Origin: Carcharhinus longimanus
Taxonomy: Eukaryota
Length of the DNA: 64,000 nucleotides
Reading direction: 5' to 3'
NCBI GenBank assembly: GCA_030264375.1
Contig: JASCQW010000098.1
Span: 63,890,362 to 63,954,361 of the forward strand
Position numbers and translations under genes: made by a program. Position 1 is the first letter of the stretch. Each line of letters opens with the position of its first letter. Positions 24,242 through 36,850 of this stretch are shown here, piece by piece. Under the pieces are notes generated by a model, which worked only from the letters and a program-made list of their open reading frames with translations, was not told the DNA's origin and did not search any database.

Positions 24242-27200
24242 AAACCTGAGCGTCCTGAGGTACAGATGTTGCAGCTTGTTGAGAGATCTGATCCACTGCC
24301 TGTGAACTCTGCACTGAGGTTTTCACTGTTAATTCCACCACATAATGAATCAGAAGCCAGGTTTACTTCCAAGACTGCATACTGACTCTTCAATTCCCCC
24401 AGTACCCACTGTGAACATTTTTTTTATACACTTGTAATGAAGCCCTAATACTTCCCCAATTGGGGACAGCTGCAGTTAATGATCAACTTAAAGTATGTAC
24501 TCAATTACAGCAACTCCAATATTAACATTTACCTCTTCTGACTGGATCTCTGTGTCAGTCCCTTGGGCACTGTGGAGGGGGGCTATAGCAGAGGAGAAGG
24601 CAGCTGGTGTTACTATTGCTGCTGAAGCAGTTGTTGGTGATGTGAATTCTGTTCTTTCCCTTCAGAGGCGCAGGGTGGAATTGCATGATAGCGGGGAAAT
24701 GCAGCAGATGAATGCAGACCTGATGGGATAAAGTTCCAACCAAGAAGTGAGCAATCACTGTCGAGAAGTGATAGCACTCTCTGAGAGAAGAAGTACTTTG
24801 AGCAGCAGCCTCTCCTCTGGCCGTGACAGAAGCTCTTGGGTTTCACTGATCAAAGCATTCCCAACTTGTCCGTTTCATTGAAAAAGCACACCCACTATGC
24901 ACTTGCCTTGGAGACCCTTGACAGGTTGCTGACATCTTGGGGAAACAGTTTGCTGGCAGTGAAAGGCAGCACCCTTGGTTAAGATGTGAAGTTAATGATC
25001 TATTTGAAATATTTANNNNNNNNNNNNNNNNNNNNNNNNNNNNNNNNNNNNNNNNNNNNNNNNNNNNNNNNNNNNNNNNNNNNNNNNNNNNNNNNNNNNN
25101 NNNNNNNNNNNNNNNNNNNNNNNNNNNNNNNNNNNNNNNNNNNNNNNNNNNNNNNNNNNNNNNNNNNNNNNNNNNNNNNNNNNNNNNNNNNNNNNNNNNN
25201 NNNNNNNNNNNNNNNNNNNNNNNNNNNNNNNNNNNNNNNNNNNNNNNNNNNNNNNNNNNNNNNNNNNNNNNNNCCTACATATTCAAACGTATTTTTCATC
25301 TCTTTTAAATCATGTAAGAGATTTTTTTAAAAATCTGCCTTTCTCCCTGTGACACAGATCGTTCATAGTTGATCAGGGTGGTGAGTAACCTATTCTCAAG
25401 TTTAAGCTAATACACCTTGGAAAGCCTAGCATGAGAGAAACGTCTTTCTGTCTTTAGGGTCTCTGCACAGCTCCTACTCCACCAGTAGGGCCAAGATCAG
25501 CAGGCAGTTCATTATATGGAAAGTCACCAGTGCAGGCCTATGCTTATTGACTCTGCTCTGGTGCAGCATCTCACAGCCTCTCTACTAAGTCTTTTAATGG
25601 ATGGTGTAGAGACAGCAATCCAGTTGTATTAATTATTTATATTGTGAGGGCATGACATTACACCTTTTTCGTTGTTCATGGTTAAAAAAAAGTTGCAACC
25701 AAAAATTCGAGGGAGAGGATTTTCTTTCTGAATGTTAAAGTTTAGAATAATTTGATTCCAATTGTACAGAGGAGGCATTCAGTATTAAAAGACCTCTAGG
25801 AAATGGTTGGCTGATTAATGGTTCATGATGGAAAGCGACTTAAAGAAAGCGAGAAAACACAAATAAAGGGATTTAAAGCAACAAAAAATTGCGGAGAAGA
25901 TAACATTCCTTTTTAACTGTGTACCAGATGTAACTGTTGAATACTGTAGTTAAAAAGGAAACAGAACAACCATTATTCTGATTTGGCAAGCTGCAAAGTG
26001 GAAAATGTGAAAAGGTTTTGGGAAGCCTTTCAAAATATTGCATCTCTATTCCATTTGTATGTTAGAAAAGCAGGTACTCAGTTACCCAATACTTCAAAGA
26101 ACTTCACCAGTCAGTCTTGCTTTCAGACTTAATATTTCTTACTGTGTAGCCAGTGGTGATGATTAGAAACTGAATGTTTACTACTGAGATTACCAGGATT
26201 TACCAATCCTGCATTTCCATTAAAAAGTCACCAGGCAGATTATGCTCTTCAGGAATTGGAAAGCCTGTGTGTGCATTAATTATTATCAGTTAAGAAAAGT
26301 AAACGGTCTTTGGGTTGCATAACAGCTTTTTCATCTCAAGCTTACTCTTGCTGCAGTATGGTGCAGAGGCAGTGATAAAGCTTAAAGTAGTTCATTGTTC
26401 ACGTGTAAGCTTAGATATCAAATATCAGTGAGTTATCTGACCAACGAGCCAAGGCGGATCATGTCCTCCTTTGCATGGTGACTTTTCAACAATAATCATT
26501 AGATATTGATCAACAGGATTGAGGAACTTTGGTTCATTTGTTTCTCTCTTTATAAATGTTGAAGCCAATTGTAGTGATAAAAATTTGTGTACTATCTGTC
26601 TCCAGATAGAAATAGATGCCAGAGGTGGGAAGGTGTGTAAGACCACTGTTTTGCAGTATTTAAGTCCCAGTTCCGTTACTGTGTAGCTTCTTCCAGTTTA
26701 CTCAAGATTTGCTCCAGCTGTGAGTGTAACATTAGTCTGTTGCTGAACTTCAATTCTAATGGGAGTCAAGTTTTAATATGCATGTCTCTGCATGAGTGAT
26801 GCTAACCTTGCCCCCTGTCAGTTCTTCCAGGAAATATTCTTGTATATAGAGCTGAGTAGCTTGGATCCATTCTGACACACAGAATGACTGATGTGAAAAT
26901 GTTCCTGAGAAAATAAGATGCTGCAAGCACCTCTCTGATACTCTATCATTGATATGAAGGGAATGTCTGCAGATTTTAACGTCATTCTCACTGGGAATTA
27001 TCTTTGTGGTTACTGAAGAAAAAAAACATTTCACATTACTAAAATGGATTTACGTTTAGGAAGTTGTCATCCGACTGTTTAGTCTATTCAGTCTCAATCC
27101 TAACGCTGTCTGTGTTTATGAGAAATTGTTTGCATCAGACTTCCTGTCTCATCCACATTACGAAAGATTCCAGCATATGTTCCACATTGTGATTCCTTTC

Positions 27201-27439
27201 TTCCTTTAAAGCTATTACAGCTTTACTCTCCCTCACTGAGAATCATCACATTTCATACTTTGCTATTAGCAATACCCTTAAGTCATATCTAATGGGATTA
27301 TCCCCCAGATCTCCTGACTACCTGTACTTCCCAAGGAAGGTCAAGTTGAAGGCTCCTTCCCCTGGGATTTAGTGCACTTTCTTTGAGGAAATCTTGTTCA
27401 CTAATGTTGCTTGCTACTTACAGATTTTGAGTATTGTTG

Positions 27440-27745
27440 AAAAAGAGACATGCTGTCAAAGCTTTTCATCTGGCACTCATAAGGATGGATGCAAGAATGC
27501 CAAATTTCAAAGGGAGCAACAATTTGTACTACATGAGAAAGGGATGCTGATTGGTTGATAGGTCAACTCTAGTTGACAGGCATTGTTAAAGAGGAGAATG
27601 TGCCAGGGAATTATTGTCCCACATGCTTTAGTCAATTCAAAATGGCTGCAATGCCTGGACTTGTTCCTTTTTCCTGTGGAGGACAGGTAACTGCAACAGA
27701 ATATATGTAGTTTCTGGTACAGCAAGAAGTCTCACAACACAAGGT
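27440..27745 (-). mobile_element. Penelope-like pseudo-LTR remnant (second variant) with a decayed hammerhead
   Basis: Minus strand CATC CTTATGA GTGCCAGAT GAAA AGCT TT GACA at about 27464-27488; a short fragment of the first PLE variant (AAGAAGTCTCACAACACAAGGTT) lies at 27725-27746. Confidence 0.6.
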
Positions 27746-28084
27746 TGGCAAGCATAAATGAGACACATTGAAAGTTAATGACTGATGAATGTTACATTCA
27801 CACTTACATCTCGTGCAATTCTTCTATAGACCTGGGAATCAAGCTAATGTTAGACATTATATTCTAGAAGTCCTGTACTACCTGGTGGCTATTTACAGGA
27901 TTTCACTGGAAGTTTTATTAGGAGAAATAATAACATATTTGAAGTGCAGCATTCTATATATTGTCAACTGTCCTAAATTAACTCCTGTTAGAGATAAGGG
28001 AATGAGAAAGTAAAATATGACCTTATTGGAACATACAGGATGCTGAAAGGATATTCTCCCTTGTCTCCCATTTAAGATAGATGA

Positions 28085-28295
28085 GAATTTTTTTCTCTGT
28101 GTGTCATGAATTTTTGGATTTTCTTTCCAAGACAGCAGTGGTGACAGGGTTAAAAAATATTTATAGGGCAGTGTTCGGTAGAAGGGAGTCAAATATTATC
28201 AATGGTAGGTGGGAATATGGAGTTGAGACCACAATCAGGTCAGCCATGATAGTATTGAACGATGGAATATTCTTGAGAGACCAAATTGTCCTAGT
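28085..28295 (+). mobile_element. Old CR1 3' end
   Basis: GGAGTTGAGACCACAATCAGGTCAGCCATGATAGTATTGAACGATGGA. Confidence 0.7.
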
Positions 28296-28499
28296 TCGGA
28301 TGTTTGAAAGGGTAGGGTGCGCTTGAGCTGTAGATTTATTGCTTCTGGGAGATGATTTTCCAAAAGGCACCAGGGGACCACATGGATTGCGCCTCTGTTN
28401 NNNNNNNNNNNNNNNNNNNNNNNNNNNNNNNNNNNNNNNNNNNNNNNNNNNNNNNNNNNNNNNNNNNNNNNNNNNNNNNNNNNNNNNNNNNNNNNNNNN

Positions 28500-28625
28500 T
28501 TTAATCCCTCATCAGAAAAACAGCACCTGTAACAATGCAGTAACTCAGTACTACACTGAAGTGTCAGCTTCAACAGGGCTTGAAACGCAGCCTTCTGAAT
28601 TGGAGATGAGAAAGCTCCCTTTTTG
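28500..28625 (-). mobile_element. Deu-domain SINE head fragment
   Basis: CAGCACCTGTAACAATGCAGTAACTCAGTACTACACTGAAGTGTCAGC..GGCTTGAA..CCTTCTGA; matches 4370-4470. Confidence 0.6.
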
Positions 28626-31139
28626 AACACTGGACAGACTATGCAGTGGACTTGCTCAAACATAAGAAACCTTTCCAGAAAGTCGTCTTCAAGATTTCAT
28701 AATGACTATGATTCCTGAGTTGGTTTAATCAAGCATGTCATGAGTTGCAGAAAATAACACATATCCTCTGGTACAGGAGAGATACTTCTCTGACAACTTC
28801 AGCAGAAGCCCATTTGTTGATGATAAAGTTGTCAGAAAAATCTAGTCACCTTTCTACTGCTCCCAGGAAATCAAAAGATTCAATTTCAGTTCTTGACTTG
28901 GAGCAACTGTTAAGTCAGTGGTCAGGGAATGTAACCTGGAAATGATCAAATCCTCTGAAATTTGAGCAGGAAAGGAATGGCAGGAGCCAATTTTGCTGCC
29001 ATTGGCTGCAAGCCCCTGAATGTTCCAAGTGCAAAGCCAGTTCAGCCCACCCATGTGTTTGTGCTGTGCAGGGAAGTATAAGGACTGTAGTGTAGGTCAG
29101 CATTTACTCAATCCAGTGGGTGCACATTTTGAGTGGAGATGACGAATATGTAATTGGAGATGCATGGCTCATATATATGGTTTTGGTGACCCATCCAGCC
29201 ACTATTATACAATGTAAAAAGACCTTGAGAGAATCATTAGCATCCTCACAGGATTGTTCCCCAGTTTGCCAGGTGCAGGGTAACATTAAGGACACTTTAA
29301 TATGTAGTAGCCAACGACTCTACCATCTCCAGAAGCATGTTTTCAGAAGTCTGGAAAGGAATTGGCCAAAAGAGCTATATGTATGCCATTTACCAAATTC
29401 AAATGAAGATGCTTTGGCAGATGGTGGATGCTTCAAGCTATTGAGTGAATTCACTCAAACCTGTCTGATAACCTGCAAGTAAAATGATTCAGACTTTGGA
29501 TTTGCATCGTTGTCCTGTAAATTTTCTGAAGTCCATTGAGAGGATATTGTAGTGAGGGATCCGTAATGTTGTGAGGCCCGTGATTGAAAATCTTAGCTGC
29601 AGCCTCAATCTAGTGTGGGATGAAATGTCAGGGCTGAAATAAAGCTATAAAAACTGTCTAGGGATTGATGCATGTGTTTGAATGTGCTGCACAGACACAC
29701 TTTGCAGTGTTTTTCCATTGCAATTTTTTTTTACTGATCTGCAGCTCCCTGGGACAACTCCGCATTGTCTGTCTCCCTGACGGGGCCCATTAGAACATCC
29801 TTCCACTCCCTCCCTTTTCTCTGCACCCACTTTGTTTCCCACTCCTCCCCTGGCAGCGCTGAATCTTTCCCAGTGTGTGTTTAACGTTGGCTACCCTATA
29901 AATGGTCAGACATTGCATGAAATTACGTTCAGGGCAGTTTGTGATTGGCTGTGCACTCTGTGCCTGCTTCCAGACCCTCCGAATGCGCGTGCCCAATTCA
30001 AGCCAAAGTCTTTCAGATTGGATAATAACAGATAGAACGTCCCAAACTGTCACTCTGTACAGAAAAACAGCAGCTTTTAAAAGTGGGAGCGTTTTTACGT
30101 TACTGCTATCTCCAGCTGACCAAACTCAGAATAACATGCCATTCTCATTCTGGCAAGTTCCTTAGCTCAGTGATTCGAGGAACTGGCGCCATGACTATGA
30201 GCAACATTGGCAGAATCTTGGAATCCATTGAAAGTGTTATTTGAAGGCTGCGGCAGAGGTTATGGAATAGAAACTGGATTAGAGGAGTAGGAGCTAATAA
30301 TAAGGTGTAATATCATTACCTCAGTGTTATATAAACAGCTTTTCTACAGATGACTAGTGCTGTGCTGACATAGAGCACCCTGAGTTTTATTTTAACTCTT
30401 TTGATCTTGACCTCGTTATTGTTCAGGTTGTAGTTCATGTGCTTTTTGACACCCTGATTCCTGCTGTTTCCACCCACTTGGTGCATTACCAACTACCACT
30501 ACCAACCAACCAGAAGGCACTGCTGGCTGGAAGGATCACTTCAGCACGGCCCAGATTTAAATGCAAACCTCAGGATCTTTTCTCAATCAGTTGCTGAACG
30601 TCTCCTGAGAATACTGGGAACAAAAAGCAACCAATAGACATATCAGCAGTCTGAAAGCCATGGTTGCAATAGGGATTTCACTCTGCAACTATCGGAGAAA
30701 AGAATTGGAAATAACAGAAAGAAAATGGACGTTTATTTGAACAAAAAAATGCCCAAATGAAATTAAGCCTTGGATAAATAGATTTTGTTCAATTTTAAAC
30801 CAGCTCATTGTCCATTTGTGAGCCTAAACTAGAATTCATTTAGTGTTTGGGACATTTAATTGTGTAGCTCCTCAGATAAAAGATGGAAGTGGAAACTACA
30901 TGGTCCACCATATTTTGTCATGCAGTGTATTTCTAGAAACTTTGATATGCTGGCAGGCGTGTACATATGAGTACAAAGCAGAGAGCTAGTGCATCTATCC
31001 CTTACTAAACGCATCCCTGACTCAAATACATCAGATTACTTTCCCTCTCTAAGTTGTTTCCTACCCCCGCCCCATGTCCCAGACAATCATAACTTTATTT
31101 CTGGCTTTATAGTCTGATAATAGAATAAAAGCAATATAC

Positions 31140-31240
31140 TCTGGATTCTGAAAACCCAAAATAAAACAGGTTGGGCAGTATCAGTGGAAAGGGAGAGAAA
31201 CCAGAGTTAAGGTTTTAGGTCGATGACCTTGCATTAGAGA
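31140..31240 (-). mobile_element. PLE-derived short repeat (third variant), decayed hammerhead
   Basis: Minus strand CTAATGC A AGGTC ATC GACCT AAAA CCTT AAC; stem II AGGTC/GACCT is intact and the core is mutated. Confidence 0.6.
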
Positions 31241-32999
31241 AAGTTTAGAGAGAAGATCACTCTCTGTCTGGATTTTCCTCCAGGAAATTTTCTGATTTTG
31301 AAAATCTATTTTTGTTAAGGAAACCACTGCCTGTAATATTTCAGTTTTTGACATGAACTGGAGTTGGACCTGCTGCCTCCAGAGGCAGACCCAAGCTGGT
31401 AACAGATGGTGATGCTGCCCAGCCAGAAGACCCATCTTTGTTTACTGGAATAAACAACCAGCCCAGTTGTAGTCATGACTTGTTTGTTTGGCCCTCAAGC
31501 CCTCCCCCCACTTATCCTCCACCCACTCCATGGCCCATGTGCATCCTCTATTCTGTAGGTGATTTTTGCATCTTCAGGAGACTAAGAATTATGATTAACA
31601 TAATCCCACACAAAATCCAACACATTTTATTGAATATTTTAAACAAAACTGTTTCAGTTAAATCCCTCAGTTGGTCAATCCATGGTTACTTAGGAATGAC
31701 CTTCCTGTTTGGTTCACAGGAACTACCCCTGTCATTATGTATCTTCTGTCTTCTTTTGGGAACAATTTATAAGTATCTGTCACCTTCTTCCATGACTGTG
31801 AACCTATGAGCCATGCAGAATATAGTTTCTTAAAGAGCTCCCACACAAGCTGGATACAGATTAGTTTAGTTGGGTGCATGATTGGTTTATTAGTTTATTC
31901 CCAAATTATCTTCCATTGGTTTAGCCAAACAAGAACTAAAGTCCTGCTATGATTTTGATGAATTTCCACTGATTTCAACCCGTTTGCTGTGATTAACCGT
32001 TCTATTCAATTCAATTTGTTCTCTCAAATTCAGCAATATCATTGCAATTTACAAGTATTGATGTAATTAGCAAGTATCACACCCATCAGGTTTCTACATA
32101 AGAGACTCCTCTGAACTCCTAGAGAGTATGTTACAATAGCAACTCCCACTGTATAGAAAGAAACAATGAGCCATTGACAAACCTGCAAGACTTCGAAATG
32201 CCCCTGAAATGACAATTAGAAAAACATATTTGAAAATCTGTTTTAAAAGAATATTCATCTGACAATGTCTTCAAAGCTGTCAATTAATCACAATCATTCA
32301 TAGCATCACTAAAAAATCTTTTTATCTGTTTCACACCTCTTGTGTGTGAACAAACACAAAGACATTGAAAAACCACATCAAAGAAAGCTCAGGTAATGAC
32401 AAGGTAATCAATATGTCAATCAAACAAAGCTACTGCCTGCTGAGAGCTATTCTTGGAGTTCAGCCAAGCATTCAGAATGGGGCCAACTAGAAAAACATGT
32501 CTGATAATCTGTTTTTGTGGATGCAGTTGCCAGATGGCTTCCTAATGCTTCACTTGGAGATTCAATAATGGCTAATAACTTGCTGTTTCATTAAACTTTT
32601 CAATCCTTGTGTATTTATTTACACAAGATTAAGAGGTATGAAGCGGATAAAGCCTTTTGCCATTGATGCTACAAACAGCTGTGATTGATTAACAGCTTTG
32701 TGAATATAAATGGGACAATATATTTCAAAGGGAATGTTAAATAGCTGTTTTCCTTTTTGGATCCCAACTGAGAACTAAGGGTTCCCCATAGTTCACAACT
32801 CTTCTGTGGAGCTTTGAACCATATTTGCTAACAGAATTGGCCCAATTCAATCAAAATTGTGGAAGCTTAGAAATGGTCACCTCTCTAATTGAGCCAAAAA
32901 GAGTCAGGGTACTGCATGTGGGCTAGTTACCTACACCTTTTATCTGTGATGACAAAAATTGTCAGAAACATGAATGGGGTGGGAATCCTGGAATAGGAA

Positions 33000-33826
33000 C
33001 GTGGGAACATAGGAATTAGTAGCAGAATTAGGCAAATTCAGCCCTTCTTGCCTGCTCTGTCATTCAATCAGATCATGGCAAATCTTTCCCTGGTCTCAGA
33101 TCTACCTCCTCACCTGTTCCCCATATCCCATTTTCCCTTTTATAATCAGAAATATATCTATCTCCCTCTTGAAACCATTCAACAATTCAGACTCCACTGC
33201 ATTATGGGGGAGTGAGTACCACAAATTTACCACTCTCTGTGAGTAGTTCCTCTTCATCTCGGTTTTAAATCTGCCACCTTGCAACCTATGCCTGTGACTT
33301 AGATTGCACCACAAAGAGAAACATTTCATCTACATTTATTTTATCAATCCCTTTTAAAATTTTATATACCTCAATCAGATCCCTTCTCATCCTTTTAAAC
33401 TCCAGCGAGTACAAGCCCAAACTGTTTAATCTCTCCTCATACATTAACCCCTTCATCCCCAGAATCAGTCTGGTGAACCTCTTCTGAACTGGCTTCAATG
33501 TCACTATATCCTTCCTCAAATAAGGAAACCAAAACTGGACAATACTTCAGATATGATCTCACTAACACCCTATAGAATTGCAACAACCCTTCTCTTCATT
33601 CATACGCCAATCCTTTTGCAATAAATGCCCACATCCCATTTCCCTTTTTTATTATGTGCTGCACCTGCATTCTGACACCCTCTGCCCGGACGCATTTTGA
33701 ACCTGCTTTCCATGTAGGTAATAATTTGCCTTTTTATTTTTTCTGCCAAAATAGATAACCTCACATGTATTCATATAACTCCATCTGCCAAATTTTGGCC
33801 CATTCTCCCAGCCTATCTACAGCCAT
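33000..33826 (-). mobile_element. CR1 LINE 3' fragment
   Basis: RKDIVTLKPVQKRFTRLILGMKGLMYEERLNSLGLYSLEFKRMRRDLIEVYKILKGID and FKTEMKRNYSQRVVNLWYSLP. Confidence 0.92.
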
Positions 33827-33827
33827 C

Positions 33828-33903
33828 TGTTCTTTGAGGACATAATAAGCATGGTGGATAGTAGAAAGCCTACGGATGTGGTATATCTAGACTTCCAGAA
33901 GGA
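33828..33903 (+). mobile_element. Opposite-orientation CR1 RT piece abutting the previous element
   Basis: FFEDIISMVDSRKPTDVVYLDFQK on the + strand. Confidence 0.8.
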
Positions 33904-34909
33904 ATTGGTCTAACTGACCATTTTTAAAAGGTCTCCCAGCTTGACTCAAGTTCACAAAAATCCAGTCACTGTTTCTGTTTCCACAGCTGCTGCCAGTCCT
34001 GCTGATTATAGCGTACCTTGTTTGTCTGCTTATTCCTGAAATTCAGAACAACTGAAAGCCTTATTGCTGGCCTTTTAAATTTTTAATGAACATTCATATG
34101 AAGACACCTTTGACAGGAAAGGATTAAACTTATTCATAAAAAGCAGTGTTACTCTTTAAACGCCTTCCCACAATTTTTCAGTGAGCTGGATTCCCCACGG
34201 GGTGGAGTTTAAACATGACAATATTGTTTGACTAGAAAGATTATTTTCCCTCTTTGGTGAAACTTACTTACCAGCTGCAACATATTTTCTCTCTCCTTTT
34301 CACCCTCCAGTTATTGTTTGAACGAATTATCCAGAAGACTTTGAGTTACAGAGATAAATAAACGTGTAATTTCTCCACCTATCAGCACACCCTAGGCTGG
34401 CCTAAATGTGTCTCTTACTCCCTGACCAATTGGGATTTGGGTCTGGGATCTCCCCATGATTTGCTTTAAGATGATTTGACAGGAATGTTGGAATATTACT
34501 GAGTACTCTGCGGGTAAATGCAAATTTGACATTTACTAAGGCTTTCCAGCAGCTGTTTGGCTTTCTGGGTGGAATTTAAGATTGACAATTTTGGGAAAAG
34601 CTGATGCAAATCTTAAAGACACTGTAATGAGTTGTCTTATCTTGTGTGGCTTTAAGCCAAACTATTTAAAAAAGAATCAAATCTACTTAATGAGAAATAC
34701 TTATCAACTGACCGTTGGAATGAATAAGTCATATTGACAGATTGGCACCCATTGTGGAAACTGCCAAATTTTCCTTTCTATTTTTGTTACTCCGTCCACC
34801 ATCTGATCTGTTTTCTCTTTATCTTTCCTATACAGCTTGTCCCTTTTGAGCCTTTCTTTCTACATCTTCATTGAATTATTTCCCTTTTGGCAAATTAGCT
34901 TTAAAAATT

Positions 34910-35320
34910 TAAGAAGTAGGAGCAGCAGTAAACCATTTGACCCATTTTGCATGCTCTGCCATTCAGTAGTACACTGACTGATCTTATTGTGGCTGTAACT
35001 CCACTTCCTGTCTGTCTCCCCCTCAAAGCCCCAACTCCCTTGTGGATCAAACATCGGTCTGACTCCACCTTGAGTGTATTCAATAGGCCAGCCTCCACTG
35101 CTCTTTGTGAAAAAGAATTCCAAAAACTAACTCTGTCCTTAGAGGAGAAATTTCTCCTCATTTCTATTTTAAGTAGGAGGCTCTGTATTTTTAAAATGGT
35201 GTCCCTAGAGGAGAACCATCCTCTCAGTATCTACCCTGGCAAGCACCCTTAGAATCTTACGATCACCTCTGAATCTTCTAAATTCTAATGAATATAGGCC
35301 CAACCTGCTCAACATTTCCT
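34910..35320 (-). mobile_element. CR1 3' end
   Basis: MRRNFSSKDRVSFWNSFSQRAVEAGLLNTLKVESDR plus the 3' UTR. Confidence 0.85.
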
Positions 35321-35834
35321 GGGATTGCATTGCGATTTTCTAAATTTCCCGTTTGTATCCCCTCAATATTGGAATCTAGCATTTCCCAATGACCTTTGTT
35401 GGGCTAAACTGACCTATAATTTCTTGCTTTCTGTTTCTATCCTTTCTGGAATATATTGTCTCATTTGTAGTTTTCCAATCTGCTGGGTCCTTTTCAGAAT
35501 CTTGGGANNNNNNNNNNNNNNNNNNNNNNNNNNNNNNNNNNNNNNNNNNNNNNNNNNNNNNNNNNNNNNNNNNNNNNNNNNNNNNNNNNNNNNNNNNNNN
35601 NNNNNNNATCTTGGGAATTTTGGAAGTTTGTATACTTGCAGCAAAGCCTTATCCATTCCAAGTTCCCAAATGTCCCCTCCTGTGAATCATCTCTGCCCTT
35701 CGCCAACTGTTTAATTACAGCCCTAGTTATAATGTTAGGAACTGGTCCCAACATGTTTCAAATGAAGGCTGTCCCAATGGTGCAGCTTCCTCTTTCCTCA
35801 GTACTGGATGCCAATGTTCCACGAATCAAAACCC

Positions 35835-36030
35835 ACTAACCTTTTGAGCCAGACATTGGCTTTCTGATCTACGGGAAGTCTTTCCATGCCTCCTCTGACC
35901 AAACCCCTCGAGAATTTTCTCTTGCCTTTTTCTTCACCAAGGACAAGAGTCTTAGTTTTTCCAATCTTTCTACATAAATGAATTTCCCCATCCCTGGAAC
36001 CATTCTTGTGAATCTTTTCTGCCTTCAGAT
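35835..36030 (-). mobile_element. Old CR1 fragment
   Basis: CTTCACCAAGGACAAGAGTCTTAGTTTTTCCAATCT..CCCATCCCTGGAACCATTCTTGTGAATCTTTTCTG reads as the reverse of QKRFTRMVPGM..LEKL.L.SL. Confidence 0.7.
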
Positions 36031-36154
36031 AGGTGTGGCCAAGGATATTGTATACTTTATTAATGCTCTCTCAACCTGTCCAGCACATATACATCCAGGT
36101 CCCGCTGCCTCTACGCTCTACTTTACAATATATTCTTGATTGTATGGTTTTTAT

Positions 36155-36313
36155 CATGGTTCACTGAGTCCACATATGTATTGGCTGCCCTTGACACACA
36201 CAAGTGATTTCTCTACCCCTGTCTTATCGGTGTTTGGTTCTGTGCAACATGAATTGACCAAATGGCTGACCGAGTTACTACAGCCAGATTTGAGTAACTT
36301 TTACACATACATA
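36155..36313 (+). mobile_element. Penelope-like element reverse transcriptase fragment
   Basis: HGSLSPHMYWLPLTHTSDFSTPVLSVFGSVQHELTKWLTELLQPDL matches the PLE RT motif (MYGLPKxHK..P.RPILS..GS..H.LAKWL..LLQP). Confidence 0.8.
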
Positions 36314-36683
36314 GATGGCGGGAAATAGCAGAAACAGAGGTGGGGTATCAGACATCCGCACATACACTTCAATGTTGTACTCGGTGCTATATTGCAAGTT
36401 TTTAAGTGTTGTGTACTCCCAGTATACTCATGTATCTGTGTGTGATTGTGATAAAGTGACAGAGCATAGGATGTGACCATTTGTATTCAAAAATAAGACC
36501 ACTGTACTTGTTGCACCTTGTTAGAAGTTTTTATACCGTTTAGTTTGAACTACTACGGCCTTCAGCCCAACTAAACAGGCAATTTGTTCCTCTAGCTATT
36601 GTAAGGATATGGGAGGGATATTTTTATTTGTAAGGTTTGTTCAAATCTTCATTGCCCTAGAAGTTTGATTTCAATCAACCCAG

Positions 36684-36850
36684 AGGGTGGCACAGCACCA
36701 GGTACCCAGGTTCAATTCTGGCCTTGGGTGACTGTCTGTGTAAAGTTAGCACCATCTCCCTGTGTGGGTTTTGTCCTGGTGCTCTGGTTTCCTGCCACGT
36801 TCCAAAGATGTGTTGATCAGTTGGGATGGCTATGCCAAATTGTTCTTTAG
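36684..36850 (+). mobile_element. HE1-type SINE fragment
   Basis: GGTGGCACAG..CCCAGGTTCAATTCTGGCCTTGGGTGACTGTCTGTG..GTGCTCTGGTTTCCT..CCAAAGATGTG. Confidence 0.82.

Noticed and set aside
29120-29482. 120-aa ORF with a weak resemblance to the Harbinger transposase GD.GY..WL motif
   Set aside because: The similarity is limited to a few residues and no other DDE motifs are visible.
34262-34380. Strong splice signals on both strands (minus donor CTG|GTAAGT; plus acceptor before LLFERIIQKTLSYRDK*)
   Set aside because: All minus-strand frames contain stops, and the plus-strand peptide is unrecognised and has no supporting context.
35495-35620. ATCTTGGGA on both sides of the gap as a TSD
   Set aside because: It directly flanks a 100-N placeholder gap and is more likely contig-end overlap.
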